A DNA stretch of 64,000 nucleotides from a cyanobacterium endosymbiont of Rhopalodia gibba (GCA_045159875.1 CP067995.1:1856001-1920000); one strand, 5' to 3'; positions 35,759 through 47,826 are shown, counted from the stretch's first letter. Translations and numbers: made by a program. The notes: generated by a model from the letters alone, not told the origin.

Positions 35759-37046
35759 ATTCAATACCTTTAACCTTTAATTCTCCTTGTAAAAAATGGA
35801 TAAATTGTCGAGCAGTTCTTCCTGAACGTCCATTTTGTTTAATTGCCCATTGTTTTGCCCTAAATTCTAATTCTTCTTGAGGTAAGTTAAGTCTTATTTG
35901 TTGGGCTAGATGATTAACAATTGAGAGGTATTTTTCTTGATTTGCCGGTTCAAAAGTTAAGGTTAAACCAAAGCGATCACTAAAAGATAATTTTTCTTGT
36001 ACAGTATCCCAAGCATGGACTTCATCCGACTCACTAAGTTGAGGGCGATCACCAAAAAATTCTCTAATCAAATGTCTCCTATTAGAAGTAGCATAAACCA
36101 CGACATTGTCAGCTCTAGCAGTCACACTTCCTTCTAAAACAACCTTTAATGATTTAAAAGTATCGTCGTTTTCCTCAAAAGATAAATCATCAACAAAAAC
36201 AATAAATTTTTGAGGATAATCCCTTAATTTATCGACTATCCAAAGTAAATGATTTAATTGAGATTTACTTACTTCGACCAATCTCAATCCTTGGCTACTA
36301 TATCTATTTAATAATCCTTTAACTAAAGAAGACTTACCCGATCCCCGACTTCCATATAATAAAATATTAAGAGCAACACAACCAGCCAATAAAATTTCTG
36401 TATTTTTAACTAATGTTTCCTTTTGTGGCTCATAACCAACAATCTCAGTTAATTTAATTGGATCTGAATTTTTAATTCCTATTAATTGTTTTTCTTCCCA
36501 TTTTAACACCTTGTATTTAGCGAAAATACCTGTTCCTTGTCGATTATAATGGTCAGCTAATTCTTCTATTGTGTCTTGCCAATTATTAGATCGATGTAAA
36601 AAAGTATTATCAATATTTTCTACTTCCCAAGCTACAGGAATATACTCTATTAATGTGAATTTTTTGACCCATTCAGCAAGTTGTTGAGTCTGACAATTAT
36701 AAATAATCTGTAAAATGCTCAGATCATGCTTGACTGCATCAATCAAAGATTTAGGTAATTCTTGAAAAGGAATTGATTGTACTTGCTGGCTAAAAGAATT
36801 TTCATTAAGTAAAATCTCACTAACAAAGTAATCTTGCCAACTTTTTCTTGTTCTTGCCAAAGCTTCAAAAAAAAGTCCATAAGCTTTCAAAGACTCTAAA
36901 TTTAAGGTATGTTTATCTCTAAAGTAGAGGGAATATAACAGGGAAATAAAAGTTTGACAGACTTCACTTTTAAAAAGTGATTGATAAAGGAGTAACGATG
37001 ATATTTGAGGGTAGAGAAAATACTTAAACTGGTTTAACTCATTCAT
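35757..37046 (-). CDS. DUF815-family AAA+ ATPase
   Basis: Walker A GSRGSGKSS, FVDDLSFE, YATSNRRHL, EKLSFSDRFGL, GRSGRTARQF; ATG start at 37046 preferred. Confidence 0.9.
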   Translation of the reverse strand: MNELNQFKYFLYPQISSLLLYQSLFKSEVCQTFISLLYSLYFRDKHTLNLESLKAYGLFFEALARTRKSWQDYFVSEILLNENSFSQQVQSIPFQELPKSLIDAVKHDLSILQIIYNCQTQQLAEWVKKFTLIEYIPVAWEVENIDNTFLHRSNNWQDTIEELADHYNRQGTGIFAKYKVLKWEEKQLIGIKNSDPIKLTEIVGYEPQKETLVKNTEILLAGCVALNILLYGSRGSGKSSLVKGLLNRYSSQGLRLVEVSKSQLNHLLWIVDKLRDYPQKFIVFVDDLSFEENDDTFKSLKVVLEGSVTARADNVVVYATSNRRHLIREFFGDRPQLSESDEVHAWDTVQEKLSFSDRFGLTLTFEPANQEKYLSIVNHLAQQIRLNLPQEELEFRAKQWAIKQNGRSGRTARQFIHFLQGELKVKGIE

Positions 37047-37149
37047 TGACTTAACTGTGGCTAATTTTTGCAAATTTAAAAGTAAATATATGTGAGTAAG
37101 TATTTCTAATAAATAGATTTTTTTAAATCTATTTATGTTCTAATTCACT

Positions 37150-38280
37150 TAGACTGAGGACATAGTATAAATTCAAAATATAGAAGAGTTTTCTACAGCA
37201 AATATAACGAGATTGCTGATAATTTTTTTAAAAAAATTTTTTTACGTCTAAACTTAACCCAACCACTGAAAATACTTAATGTTAACAGTATACCGGCTAT
37301 GGTCAATATTATCAACAGTAGTCATAAAATGCCTATCAATTCGGCGGTTTGCACTATTATACTCCCTGTACACAAGGCTATTAATAATGACAATGGGGGA
37401 ACACTAAGTTCTAAAGCTAGAACAAATAAATTAAAACGTCCTTGGACTATTGTTCCCTTAATTAATTGAGAAACCTGGGATAAAAGAGTTTGAAGACAAC
37501 CATATTCCCAACGAGTTCTTTAAGTTTTTGTGGCGTAACTTTGTTCAGCAATAATACCTATTATTTAAGTATTAGAACAAAATAGAGTAGAAAATCATGC
37601 TAGAACTGAATCAATTTATAACTGCATATCTTCCACAAGATTACCATTAACCAAAGATGTTTTTGAATAACAGACCAAAGGAAAGCTATTCCTATTTCTT
37701 CTAATGAGCAAGAAAGTCATAAAAGAGATAAACTTGTATAATAAAATTTTTGTATCCCAAAATCGAATGTAAAAATAGCATTTTAGTACTGAGATTGGTG
37801 GGTATTTAAATGGGTAAAGATCCTGTATAGACTTCCCTGTTAGTAATACTTTTTAGTTATTTTTTTTTAAATTTTTCAATTTTAAATCAAAATCTGTACT
37901 CATAAAAATAACAATATCTAGAGGTGCGTTTTTTATTAAGTTTAGTTCATAGTAAAGAGCATATCTTTTTCCTATTTTTTATAAAACTATCGTTTAATTA
38001 CAATTTTTTTATGTTGATGATAAATTTTAGCTATATTATCGTTATGGTTGTCATTATTATTGATAATAATGACAGGATTATTAACTTAACTCAATTGAGA
38101 TCTAAAAGTATATTTAATGATATTTATTTTATGATTGACTAGAATTTAAATCTTTAAACTTAGTTTGGATATAACTTGTGAGTTGATCTTATGAAATTTC
38201 TAAACCCGAGCAACACAACATTCTAAAAATAGAAAGTAACAAAGAATAAACAAGATTAAAAAAACAGCTAAGAATGAAGT
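37150..38280 (-). pseudogene. Glycosyltransferase family 2 (polysaccharide synthesis, TM-flanked) pseudogene
   Basis: FLECC.. N-terminal TM; GIAFLWSVIQK.SLVNGNLVEDMQL; KT*RTRWEYG (QxxRW motif); LALELSVPPLSLL; GWVKF; many stops, central part eroded. Confidence 0.8.
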
Positions 38281-38295
38281 TTATAAAAAAAATAA

Positions 38296-39488
38296 TCAAG
38301 AAGAAGATAGGTAAACAGATTCAAATAATTGATGTAATTTTTGTGCTTCTTGAGTTACATTATGTCGTTGTGCAACTCGTTTAGCTCCTAGAAACTCCCA
38401 TTTCTTCTAATCGAGAAATAGGAGTTTCTAGGAAACTTTTCATCGCTATCACTAAGAATCCTACCGATCACGCAAGAATTAACTCTCCTAACTCGTTAGG
38501 GATAACAAGTTCAGGAATCCCCGCCACGTAAGTATTAATGACTAACGGACCTAAGGTCAAACTTGTTATAGTAGCAACAGGTAATCCTTCTCCGAAACTT
38601 GGTAAAATCATTATTTTGGATGGGAAAATATGCCGTTGTACTCGTGCTTGAGTTGCTCAACCTTTCATTTTAGTAACATCTTCCAATTGATAGTATTTTT
38701 AAATCTCTATCTCCGACTAAAACTACCTTAAATTTGTTTATAGATATATAAATATAGCAAGAGTTTCTATTGATAGAATTTTCTACTTATGCCGATAAAT
38801 ACAATCAATGCAAATAAAATAATTCTATTTAGAAAATGTTTAAAAATTGGTTATTAAGGCAAGTTAAAAAATAATTTATCAAACCCATAATAAATAATCT
38901 TAAGTTTTTGCTAGTTAGTAAATTTGGACCAGCGATCAAGCTTACTTTTTCTATAAGAATTAATTGCTACAACAAAACTAGCTCATTTTATCTTTATCTG
39001 GGAAGGAAATGGCCTCAACCTTATCAAATTCTTCAGGTCCATGAACGGTGAAACTATAAAATGATTTTCCTTGAATAGAATTTTATAAAACGACCGTTGT
39101 TGAATTAGTTCCAAAATGGGGATGAAAGTGGGCAATATTTAACCTAAAAAATCTATCTAATAGAATACAAGCTTAGACTAAACAAGCACAGTAAGGTCAA
39201 ACTCTCCGCTCTGAATTTTAACCAATTTTTACAGTTAGTTTTAACGCTGTTAATCAATACTCCGGTCGAGTTAAAGCAACTTTAAGAAAAATCGATAATT
39301 CCAACGCTTAAAACAACTTCTATTGTTTCTAGTTCTTGCTGATATTATTCATCAATAACCTTACCAACACATGATTATAAAGAAAGTCGAGTAATGGGAT
39401 CTTCGAGAGCTTCAAGAGCTAAAATCTCTCGCCGAATAAAGCAATAGCTGATAGTCAGATATTGATTGACCAAATAAGCAATTTTCAT
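38296..39488 (-). pseudogene. Glycosyltransferase family 4 (WcaL-like) pseudogene
   Basis: MKIAYLVNQY...FIRREILALEA; HFGTNSTT; YSFTVHGPEEFDK; LPSFGEGLPV..TYVAGIPELV; LEEMG..GAKRVAQRHN; several stops and frameshifts. Confidence 0.88.
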
Positions 39489-39829
39489 GCTAGAAAATAT
39501 TTAAACTAACCTGATCTCTGATTTTTATTTTATTGTCCTTACTTCAGGATACAATGACATATACTAAAGTTTACGGCTTATTTCCAGCTAAAAGATAGTT
39601 AGAAAGTCACAACAGATATATATTTATCTAATTTGTACAGAGATGCATAATAGACGACTAACAGATACTTTTATCCATAGATAAAAGTACATAAATTTTC
39701 TAAATAACCTTTGAACTTAAGTCATTTATTTAGTTTTTCCGTTCCGATGGAGCAATATCTAATTTATTCTAGATTACATCTCCTACAGTTTTTAAGGTCA
39801 AAATATAATAACAATTTTTATTATATTGT

Positions 39830-40500
39830 TAATTTTTATACAGGAGTTGGAACTGCGATTAGAACCGGCTGGAGTCGACTATTAGCTAAGGGAAATGTTA
39901 AAGTGTTAATTGCTTGTGATGGTTAGGGAATTCCTTTGAGGAAAAATTTTACTATTTATCGAGTCAGTCATGATGAGTTTACTCATTAGAGTCCAAGTTT
40001 CTTAGGATAAAGTAAATGGAAGTTTTTCTGGTAATCCATCAGTAGAATATTTAGATTTATGGCGATCATCCCGAACGGTTATGGGTTGGAGAACTCAAAC
40101 AATAGTTAACTAAAAAAAGTCTCGATAGTTATTCTTCGTTAAACGATTTTGTTGCCTATTTATTAATTTAGTAAAATTAGAAGATGTTTTATCGTCTTTA
40201 AATCCATGAAGAAGATTACAACATTAGTTAAATTTTTGGCATTTTCCGCATTCATCAATATTCATCAATTGGACTATAATTATAGTCGTTAAGATGAGTT
40301 AAATCCTAGCATTCTCATAGTAAAAGCATCTGACCGAACCTACAGCCTCACTCGTTTATTAATCGTCGGTAACCTAAGACGGGCTTTTGGATTACCATGC
40401 AATATTCTTTTACTACTTTTAACCATTACTTCTAATCGAGATCATCTAGAAACTGTGAAGGTTGAAAGTGTTTTAATGAAGCTAGTTTACATAATCTTCT
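39830..40500 (+). pseudogene. Unidentified degraded gene
   Basis: Protein-like segments VGTAIRTGWSRLLAKGNVKVLIACDG and DKVNGSFSGNPSVEYLDLWRSSRTVMGWRTQTIVN in different frames. Confidence 0.45.
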
Positions 40501-40604
40501 TATTAGTGACGTTTCTCCTTGTTCTTAGGGACACTATAAGCTGTTAATTTTTTCCTCAAATTAAAAAGAATTTGACTTAATCATTTTGTGAATTGCTATT
40601 CATC

Positions 40605-41468
40605 TTAGACTTTCCGATTTAATGCCTCCATTACTGCATATTGACTTATATTTTTATAAACTTGTTGTAGATGCTGTTGAGCTACTCGCGCTTCTTCATA
40701 AGTTAAAGTAATTCTTCCTAAAATATTTAACACTGTTTGATCATCAGATGTGGGAATAATAACGATTAGTGAGGAATCTAATCCTCTCTTATACTGCCAA
40801 AATTTAGTAAGATCGAAAGTATTAGATTCTTCTGTTTTGTGATTTAGTTTCTCTGTTGTTTCTGCTAATATATCCTTATCTTTCATTAATTTTCTATCTT
40901 TTCGTTGATTAATTTTCTGAAGGCGTAACTGACGTAAAGCGTCAAGAATTTGCTCTTTTGTTCTCCCTCTTAATTTAAAGATTATAAAAGGATCTTCACT
41001 AAAATACTCAGCTAATTGATAATAAACTGCCCCAATATGTTTACAAGGGTTGGCTTTATCGGGACAACTACAACAAGCATTAATATCTGACAAGGTAAAA
41101 GGAAAGACACTAAGTCCATTATTAATAAAAACTTCTTCAATATTTTCTGGCATTCTACCCGCTAATAATTGGGCTGAAAAAATTGCTTTTTTAGATAAAC
41201 TTTCAATAATATAATCCCAATCTTCATCAGTAAAAGGAAGCAATGAAAATGATACTTGATATGGATTGATATCACCGCCTTGAACTTTTGCAAATACTTT
41301 GGCGTCTTTAAATTCAATACTTAAAATTTTTCCTTCTCTTGCATAAATTCTGGCTCGTTCTAACCGCTTTTTAAATCTATAAGAATCCAGTAATTCCAGC
41401 CAACGTTCTACCCACCATTCTTTGTGAGAGAAAGTCGCGTCACTGTTTGATAAATTAGAATTAGTCAT
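40605..41468 (-). CDS. SWIM zinc-finger family protein
   Basis: EWWVERWLELL, RLERAR.YAREG, CSCPDKANPCKHIGAV (CxC..CxH), EDPF.IF.LRG. Confidence 0.9.
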   Translation of the reverse strand: MTNSNLSNSDATFSHKEWWVERWLELLDSYRFKKRLERARIYAREGKILSIEFKDAKVFAKVQGGDINPYQVSFSLLPFTDEDWDYIIESLSKKAIFSAQLLAGRMPENIEEVFINNGLSVFPFTLSDINACCSCPDKANPCKHIGAVYYQLAEYFSEDPFIIFKLRGRTKEQILDALRQLRLQKINQRKDRKLMKDKDILAETTEKLNHKTEESNTFDLTKFWQYKRGLDSSLIVIIPTSDDQTVLNILGRITLTYEEARVAQQHLQQVYKNISQYAVMEALNRKV

Positions 41469-41482
41469 AATCTTATTGTCTT

Positions 41483-42256
41483 TTAGTTAGAAGGGGTTTT
41501 TTGTAAATTTCTAGCTTTATAAAAAGTCTCTAAACTTTCTTGATCTCCTACATACCGCCAGTGCCAGGGTTCATAACTAATACCTTGGTGGTTATCAGGT
41601 GGAAAAGACAGCTCAAAACTGTACTTAGCAGCATTATTTCTTAACCAGCTAAAAGCAGCTGTTTTCTCAAAATCAGGGCTTAAATGGGTAGCAGGGGTTT
41701 TAGCATCGCCAATATCTACCGCATATCCAGTATGGTGTTCACTGTAATTAGGGGGCGCACTCACTTCAGCACGTTCACTAGGATTTTGGTTCCGTTGTCG
41801 TTGGATTTCAAAAAATAAGTAATTTTGTTCAGAAACCGTCCTAAATCCTGAAATAGGAGTTAGAATAATTCCTTGGTATCGAGCTGCCTTTTGCATTTCT
41901 ATAAATTGTTCAGCTGCATTAAGGCACAATCGGACGCGTCCGTCAGAAGTAATTGCTTTTAATTTTGATATGGGAGCTTGTTTATATTCTAAATGTCCAA
42001 GAACATTTTCTAATGGCTCGGGAGAAGGATTAACTACTGAGATTGATTTTGGGGCGGAAGAAAGTTTCGCGGAAGTTCCAGAAGATGAGGATGAGGATGT
42101 GGTTGATGGTGAAGGCACTAGACGCATGAAGAAAGTTCCTCCTAAAATTAAAATAGGCCCTATCCCTAGGATACTTAGCACTAACAATCTTCGTTTTTGT
42201 TGTATTTTGGCTTGACTGATAGAAGTTTCTCTTAAAGCCTCTGGAATATCATCCAT
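41483..42256 (-). CDS. D-Ala-D-Ala carboxypeptidase, M15B/VanY family
   Basis: TM anchor; ISGFR, SAPP.YSEHHTGYAVD (SxHxxGxAxD) and YEPWHWRY (ExxH). Confidence 0.92.
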   Translation of the reverse strand: MDDIPEALRETSISQAKIQQKRRLLVLSILGIGPILILGGTFFMRLVPSPSTTSSSSSSGTSAKLSSAPKSISVVNPSPEPLENVLGHLEYKQAPISKLKAITSDGRVRLCLNAAEQFIEMQKAARYQGIILTPISGFRTVSEQNYLFFEIQRQRNQNPSERAEVSAPPNYSEHHTGYAVDIGDAKTPATHLSPDFEKTAAFSWLRNNAAKYSFELSFPPDNHQGISYEPWHWRYVGDQESLETFYKARNLQKTPSN

Positions 42257-43799
42257 GTCATGATCGTATGATTAATAGTTCATTGAACATTGTTGATGTA
42301 TTATCGTTTTTTGTCTACTCTCACATTTGCCAATTTTATAGGAATTTTCAATTTGGTGTAACAGATTGACAGTAATGAGTAAATCTGTCAATTATGTTTT
42401 ATTCAGTCCTTAAATAGATGGCGGATAGCTTTATTGAACATTTAATCGAATCTTGTCTATTATTTAGTTCAGATTTAGTAAACTCTACATTCAGAAATAT
42501 AACTTTGGAAAATATCACTGTTTCTTTGTCTCTATAGTTAACTTTAAATTATAGTAATTACTTATAATTAATTTTTTGATTTAAATTCAATATTAGATTG
42601 AATAAATAGTAAATAATAACTAATTTACATATTTTTTCGTACTATTTGGTAGTGAGTTAATAATTTTAGTAAAATTTTTAAAGTCAATTAGATCTATCTC
42701 TATTTTTAAACTATAAATATCCTTAATTTTCAGGCTATTTCTCCCGATAAATCCATTAAATCTAGCACTCAAGTCCTGAAAAGGTTGGATAACAGAATCT
42801 TAATTTTAATTATTTTATGATAATTTTGATTAAGCAATCTTTGTCTTAAATAAAACATGTCGGCCATTAAATATATCGAGTATAAAATTGAGAAATTTTA
42901 GCAAGAGTTGTTTATGGTTTTAAAAAATAATTTGATATTATTGTAATTCTTGACTTTAGCTAGATCAAAAATTAATGCAAAAATATACTGGCAACTAAAA
43001 ACACAACCATCATTATTAACTTTTAAAAAGTAGAGGCAATTTTAATTTTGACGTTAAAGATCGATGAATATACCTATGGTCTTGTTGTCAAAAACAGGTA
43101 TCTAGGCTCAAACACTAATGGAACAGCCTATTTACTGCGTTTTTATGTAATATTTTGGTGTTCAAATTAACTTATGAAAGATTATCAAGAGTAAAGACAA
43201 CTTGGAGTTTCTGTTGATTCTGCTTAAGATAATACACGGATATTTAATAGTTTGCAAGGAAATATTAAGAGATATACAGTTTATACTAAATCTTACGTCA
43301 GAGTTCTGCAAAAAATATTTAAAGTAGGAATCGGCTAATTAAAAATTGCTATCGAAAATAATTTTCTTAAAACAAAGAGTAAAGCAAAACATTAGCAATT
43401 TTAGAACAAATCATCAATGTTTGAGATTTTAAAAAAATCGCTATTTTTAAATATTTCAAGAAAGCAAGAGCAACCGCTAATTTATTATTTTTTTTAAAAA
43501 AATTCTAGCCTATATTTAGATAAATTTCAAGCTTGTACTCAACAATCACTTTTTAACAGAAGCATTTATTTCAGCTTTTTAAGCTTGACATCAAGTGTGG
43601 GTATTGTTTAAAGATGTTGACGTGATTATTGCACCCACGACCCTTTATGTTATCTCGCTATTAGGATACTAAACAATATAAAAAAAATTATGATTAACTT
43701 CAATTTTAGAGCAATTTATTCAATCTCTATCTTTTATTAGATTACCGGTGTTATTGGTTTTAATTTTATGGGCTCACCAATTAGTTTTGAGAGTTCAAT

Positions 43800-44676
43800 T
43801 GATTGCTGCATCTTACCAAAAGTCTTCAATTTTATAGATTGCTTAATCTCTACAATAAAAATTCATTAAAATAGAATGCATCTAATATCAGTAAATATTT
43901 TAGATATAAACTATAATTACAGCCAATATTTATTGAAAAAAAAAGCAGATAATTAAGATAAATATAAGTAATTCTAACAAAGAATGAATGTAGCTTATGT
44001 CCTAGACAATGATTTTAATACGCTGTTTTCTTATGGGCTTATAAAGAAGAAATGGTAGTAATTAGTTTCATCCATGTTATTTCGATATAAATCTAGCACT
44101 AGACTAGTATTTAGTAGATAAAATTTTTAAAGATTTAGTCGTATAAAAGTAAAATTTAATAGTCTGATATCATAGATTTAAACTATATTTATCAATAAAA
44201 TATGACAGTTAATTATTAACTTTAAAGTACCTTGAAGTCAATATAGATAATCATCAACTAGTTCTTGATTAAAAAAACAATTTAATTAGTAAATTTTTAA
44301 AACCCCGAGTATATATTGTTCAATGACTTTTTCAAAAACTATATCAATAACGACTTTAATTAATTACTGGTCATCAACAGAAGATAAAAAAAGTAGTTGG
44401 TAAAACTGGCTATTATTAGCCTACCTTATAAGTGTTCTTTGATTGAAACAGTTAACGATCAACTTGATAAGAGCTCTCAGGTTGAATATTAGAGAAATAG
44501 AAGTGTTTGAAACTATTTAAGGTAAAAATATCAGTTTGTATTGTGTCCTGCTGAGTTCAAATAATCATTTTTATCTTGCTTGATTGTTAGTAGTTACTAT
44601 TTTAGGTAATCATAAATTTCGTCTTGTTTTTAATAAAAATATTGAGCAACTGTGTTTTAAACCTCGTTTAACTCAC
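43800..44676 (+). mobile_element. IS982-family fossil, copy 3
   Basis: LMS*TMILIRCFL; VNIDNHQLVLD...ISKFLKPRVYIVQ*LFQKLYQ (cf. NVDDR.PV...GKLFGDRGYISQ.LF..LY); SLIETVNDQL; ends with CTCGTTTAACTCACG, an IR-like sequence; left boundary approximate. Confidence 0.82.
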
Positions 44677-44720
44677 GGATAAATAGTCTCTTAGAGTATA
44701 CTCTAAGAGACTATTTATCC
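44677..44720. repeat. Perfect 44-bp palindrome (no spacer)
   Basis: GGATAAATAGTCTCTTAGAGTA|TACTCTAAGAGACTATTTATCC. Confidence 0.97.
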
Positions 44721-46106
44721 CTACAAAATTAGATAGATATTGGTATAATTAATTGTGGCTATTCTTGTCGTACCTAATAGCTATAGTTAGAAACATGTTT
44801 AATGGTTATATTTATAACAAGTTCCTCGGTTTTGTAAGTATCTTTTTCTACAAAATAGAATTATTCTCTTTCTCAATTAGGAAGGAAAAAATATCTAATT
44901 TTTTCAAGAGGTTCGTTGGTTCAATAGTTTCCCAAAGAAACTCAACTCCTATAATGATTAATTGCCGTAATAGATGCATCTAATTGAGAGACAGCTTTTT
45001 TATATGCTTGTATGTTTATTGTAAATGCAGATTCATCAATTGCTATCTTAGTAAATACTTAAGCAATCACATAATAATTATTTCTCTAAAAAAAAATAAT
45101 AGTAAATAAGGTTGTTTAAAAAAGTCAATATACTGGCTTTTTGTTAAGTGTTTATAAACCAATAATTACTAAAAGTATTCAAAAAAATCAATTGATCAAT
45201 AATTTAATTTTTTTTAGAAAAATTACAAGTTAGTTCACCTATTTAATTAGGGCAATCGAGAATATATTTTCCATGGCTAAGTCCCGTGACTATATTTTGT
45301 ATATCTTCGATTAATTCTGTAATTGAACAAAATTTATTGATTAAAGTTTACCAATTTTATTGACCCTTTATAAGTTAAAATGAACCATTTGATAATTTTT
45401 TTAAAAATACTATTATCTGATGCTGTCAAACATACCAAAATTCAGTCAATTTATGCAACATTAACATCAAACTTTCCTCTCCTTGAATCACTATAGTTGA
45501 ATACCGTTAGTTTTAACGTAGCTATAATGCTACTTAAATTTTAGAAATAAAAACATAAATTTTTCTATTCATTAATCATCAAGAGACTAGCATATCAGGT
45601 ATTTTAAATCTATTTTTTTAGCGACAAGAATTAATTATGGTAAAACTTAAAATTTTTGAAATAATTGTAGAACTTTTAGTTAGGATCAATATGTTTTTCA
45701 ATAGTTTTTTATAGTTATCAGTGTACCAAATTCTAAAAAATAGAATAGAATAACTGAGAATAATACAGTTTATTTTTCTATCTCTCTTCATGGTTTAAGA
45801 TTTAATTTTAGAAATCTTTATTTACTACTTTTATCTGTTTATTGATCAAACAACAAGATCTTTTTTATCGAAATCTATTAATGTGTTTGGTGCTAAATTT
45901 ATTAGATATGTTAGCATTGCTTTTAATAAAGCTAAATAGGATTTGTTAATGTTTTTTATACATTTAATTTCTCTAGTTTTCTCTGCTTATAAATTCCGAC
46001 TTAGCTGTTCTGCAATTCTATTATCATAATAACTAAAATTAAGGAAGACTCTCCTAAGTTATAGGGGAAATAAAATATTTCAATCATCCCCTACGTTTTT
46101 AGATAA

Positions 46107-47498
46107 TTATTCAGAAGCTACCCCATCCTGACGGGCTGCACGACAAACCGCCCCCGCAACTGCTTGATAAACCCTTCCATCAAACACCGAAGGGATAATA
46201 TATTCTCGATCAAGTTGACTAATATTCACCAAAGACGCGATTGCCTTAGCTGCTTCTAAATACATATGCTCAGTGATAGTTTTAGCCTTACAATCTAATG
46301 CTCCACGAAAGATTCCGGGAAAAGCTAACACATTATTAATTTGATTGGGGTAATCACTACGTCCAGTCGCTACAACTGCTACATCATCGATTATTAATTC
46401 CGGTTGAATTTCTGGGATGGGGTTTGCCATGGCGAACACAATGGGCTTACTAGCCATGGATTTGACCATTTCTAGTGTCACTACCCCTGGCGCACTTACG
46501 CCCAAGAATACATCAGCTCCCTGCATGGCATCTACTAAAGAGCCACTGATATTAACTGCAAATTCCCGTTTTTGAGGGTTTAAATCAGTACGGGAATGGG
46601 AGACAAGTCCCTTAGAATCACATAACCAAATAGTAGTAGCTCCGGCAGTGCGTAATAAAGCCGCTATTGCTATCCCTGCCGCTCCTGCCCCATTAATCAC
46701 AATTCGCACTTTTTCTAGAGACTTCTGGACTAGTTTCAGGGCATTAATTAATGCCGCTAAACTGACAATGGCTGTTCCGTGTTGATCGTCATGGAAGACT
46801 GGAATATCTAATTCTTGTCGCAGTCGCCGTTCAATTTCAAAACAACGAGGGGCAGCAATATCCTCCAAGTTGATCCCTCCAAATACTGGAGTAATGCGTT
46901 TAACAGTTTCAATAATTTCTTCAGTGTCCTGGGTGGCTAAACAGATGGGGAAAGCATCAATACCAGCAAATTCTTTAAATAACATGGCTTTTCCTTCCAT
47001 GACAGGGAGGGCAGCTTCCGGACCTAAATTTCCTAATCCTAGGACTGCACTTCCATCAGTAACAACTGCAACAGTATTTTGCTTAATAGTCAGGTTAAAC
47101 ACTTGAGAGTGATCGCGGGCAATAGCGTTACAGATACGTCCAACCCCTGGAGTATAAGCCATGGACAAGTCAGCTTTAGATTTTATGGAAATACGACTGG
47201 TGACCATGATTTTCCCCTTACTATGGAGATCAAAGGTGCGATCAGAAACTTTGAGAATTTTAACGTTAGGAATTTCTCGAACTGCTTCTAGAATCTCCTC
47301 GGCATGTCTTTCACTCGAAGCATCTACTGTAATTTCCCTTTGGGTGATTGCACGAGTATGTTCAATCAAAGAAATTTGTCCAAAACTTCCTCCTGCTCCG
47401 GCTATTGCCTGGGTAACATTGGAGAGAGTTCCTACTATGTTGGGAAGTTCAATGGTTAAAGAGAGACTATAACTTGAATTGGGATTGAGATTTGCCAT
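46107..47498 (-). CDS. NAD(P)-dependent malic enzyme with N-terminal ACT domain
   Basis: AYTPGVG, VTDGSAVLGLGNLG, MEGKA.LFK.FA, NLEDI, FHDDQHGTA, GAGAAG, ATGRSDYPNQINN. Confidence 0.95.
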   Translation of the reverse strand: MANLNPNSSYSLSLTIELPNIVGTLSNVTQAIAGAGGSFGQISLIEHTRAITQREITVDASSERHAEEILEAVREIPNVKILKVSDRTFDLHSKGKIMVTSRISIKSKADLSMAYTPGVGRICNAIARDHSQVFNLTIKQNTVAVVTDGSAVLGLGNLGPEAALPVMEGKAMLFKEFAGIDAFPICLATQDTEEIIETVKRITPVFGGINLEDIAAPRCFEIERRLRQELDIPVFHDDQHGTAIVSLAALINALKLVQKSLEKVRIVINGAGAAGIAIAALLRTAGATTIWLCDSKGLVSHSRTDLNPQKREFAVNISGSLVDAMQGADVFLGVSAPGVVTLEMVKSMASKPIVFAMANPIPEIQPELIIDDVAVVATGRSDYPNQINNVLAFPGIFRGALDCKAKTITEHMYLEAAKAIASLVNISQLDREYIIPSVFDGRVYQAVAGAVCRAARQDGVASE

Positions 47499-47771
47499 GT
47501 TTAGAAGAGGTTAGGGTTACGAGTTACGAGGTAAGAGCCAGAGAGTCCAGTCTACTAAAGATAGCTTGGGAGAACATATGTCAAGACAACGATCATAGAT
47601 TTTAAACTAATGAGACGACCTCTTCTCTCAAGAAGAATATAGTTAACTGAAAATTTGGAGAAACATAGAAAATTATTTGCGTTACATTGAATTGCTGAAT
47701 TGCTGCTGAAGATTTATCTTCAACTTAGTTTATTGTTCTCTATATAGCCATTTCTTTCCTCATCAAATACA

Positions 47772-47809
47772 GTGAACAGTTTCAAGCTTGAAAAGGCAAA
47801 ACTGTTCAC
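47772..47809 (-). terminator. Hairpin after pntB
   Basis: GTGAACAGTTT / AAACTGTTCAC arms 17 nt past the stop codon. Confidence 0.55.
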
Positions 47810-47826
47810 CGATCAACAAAAACAGT

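Noticed and set aside
42800..43780. Possible MacB-type ABC permease fossil (..HFLTEAFI..)
   Set aside because: Only one short motif is recognisable; too weak without a search
47510..47545. GTTACGA-type heptamer repeats upstream of the malic enzyme gene
   Set aside because: Only 2-3 degenerate units; ordinary cyanobacterial short tandem repeat residue
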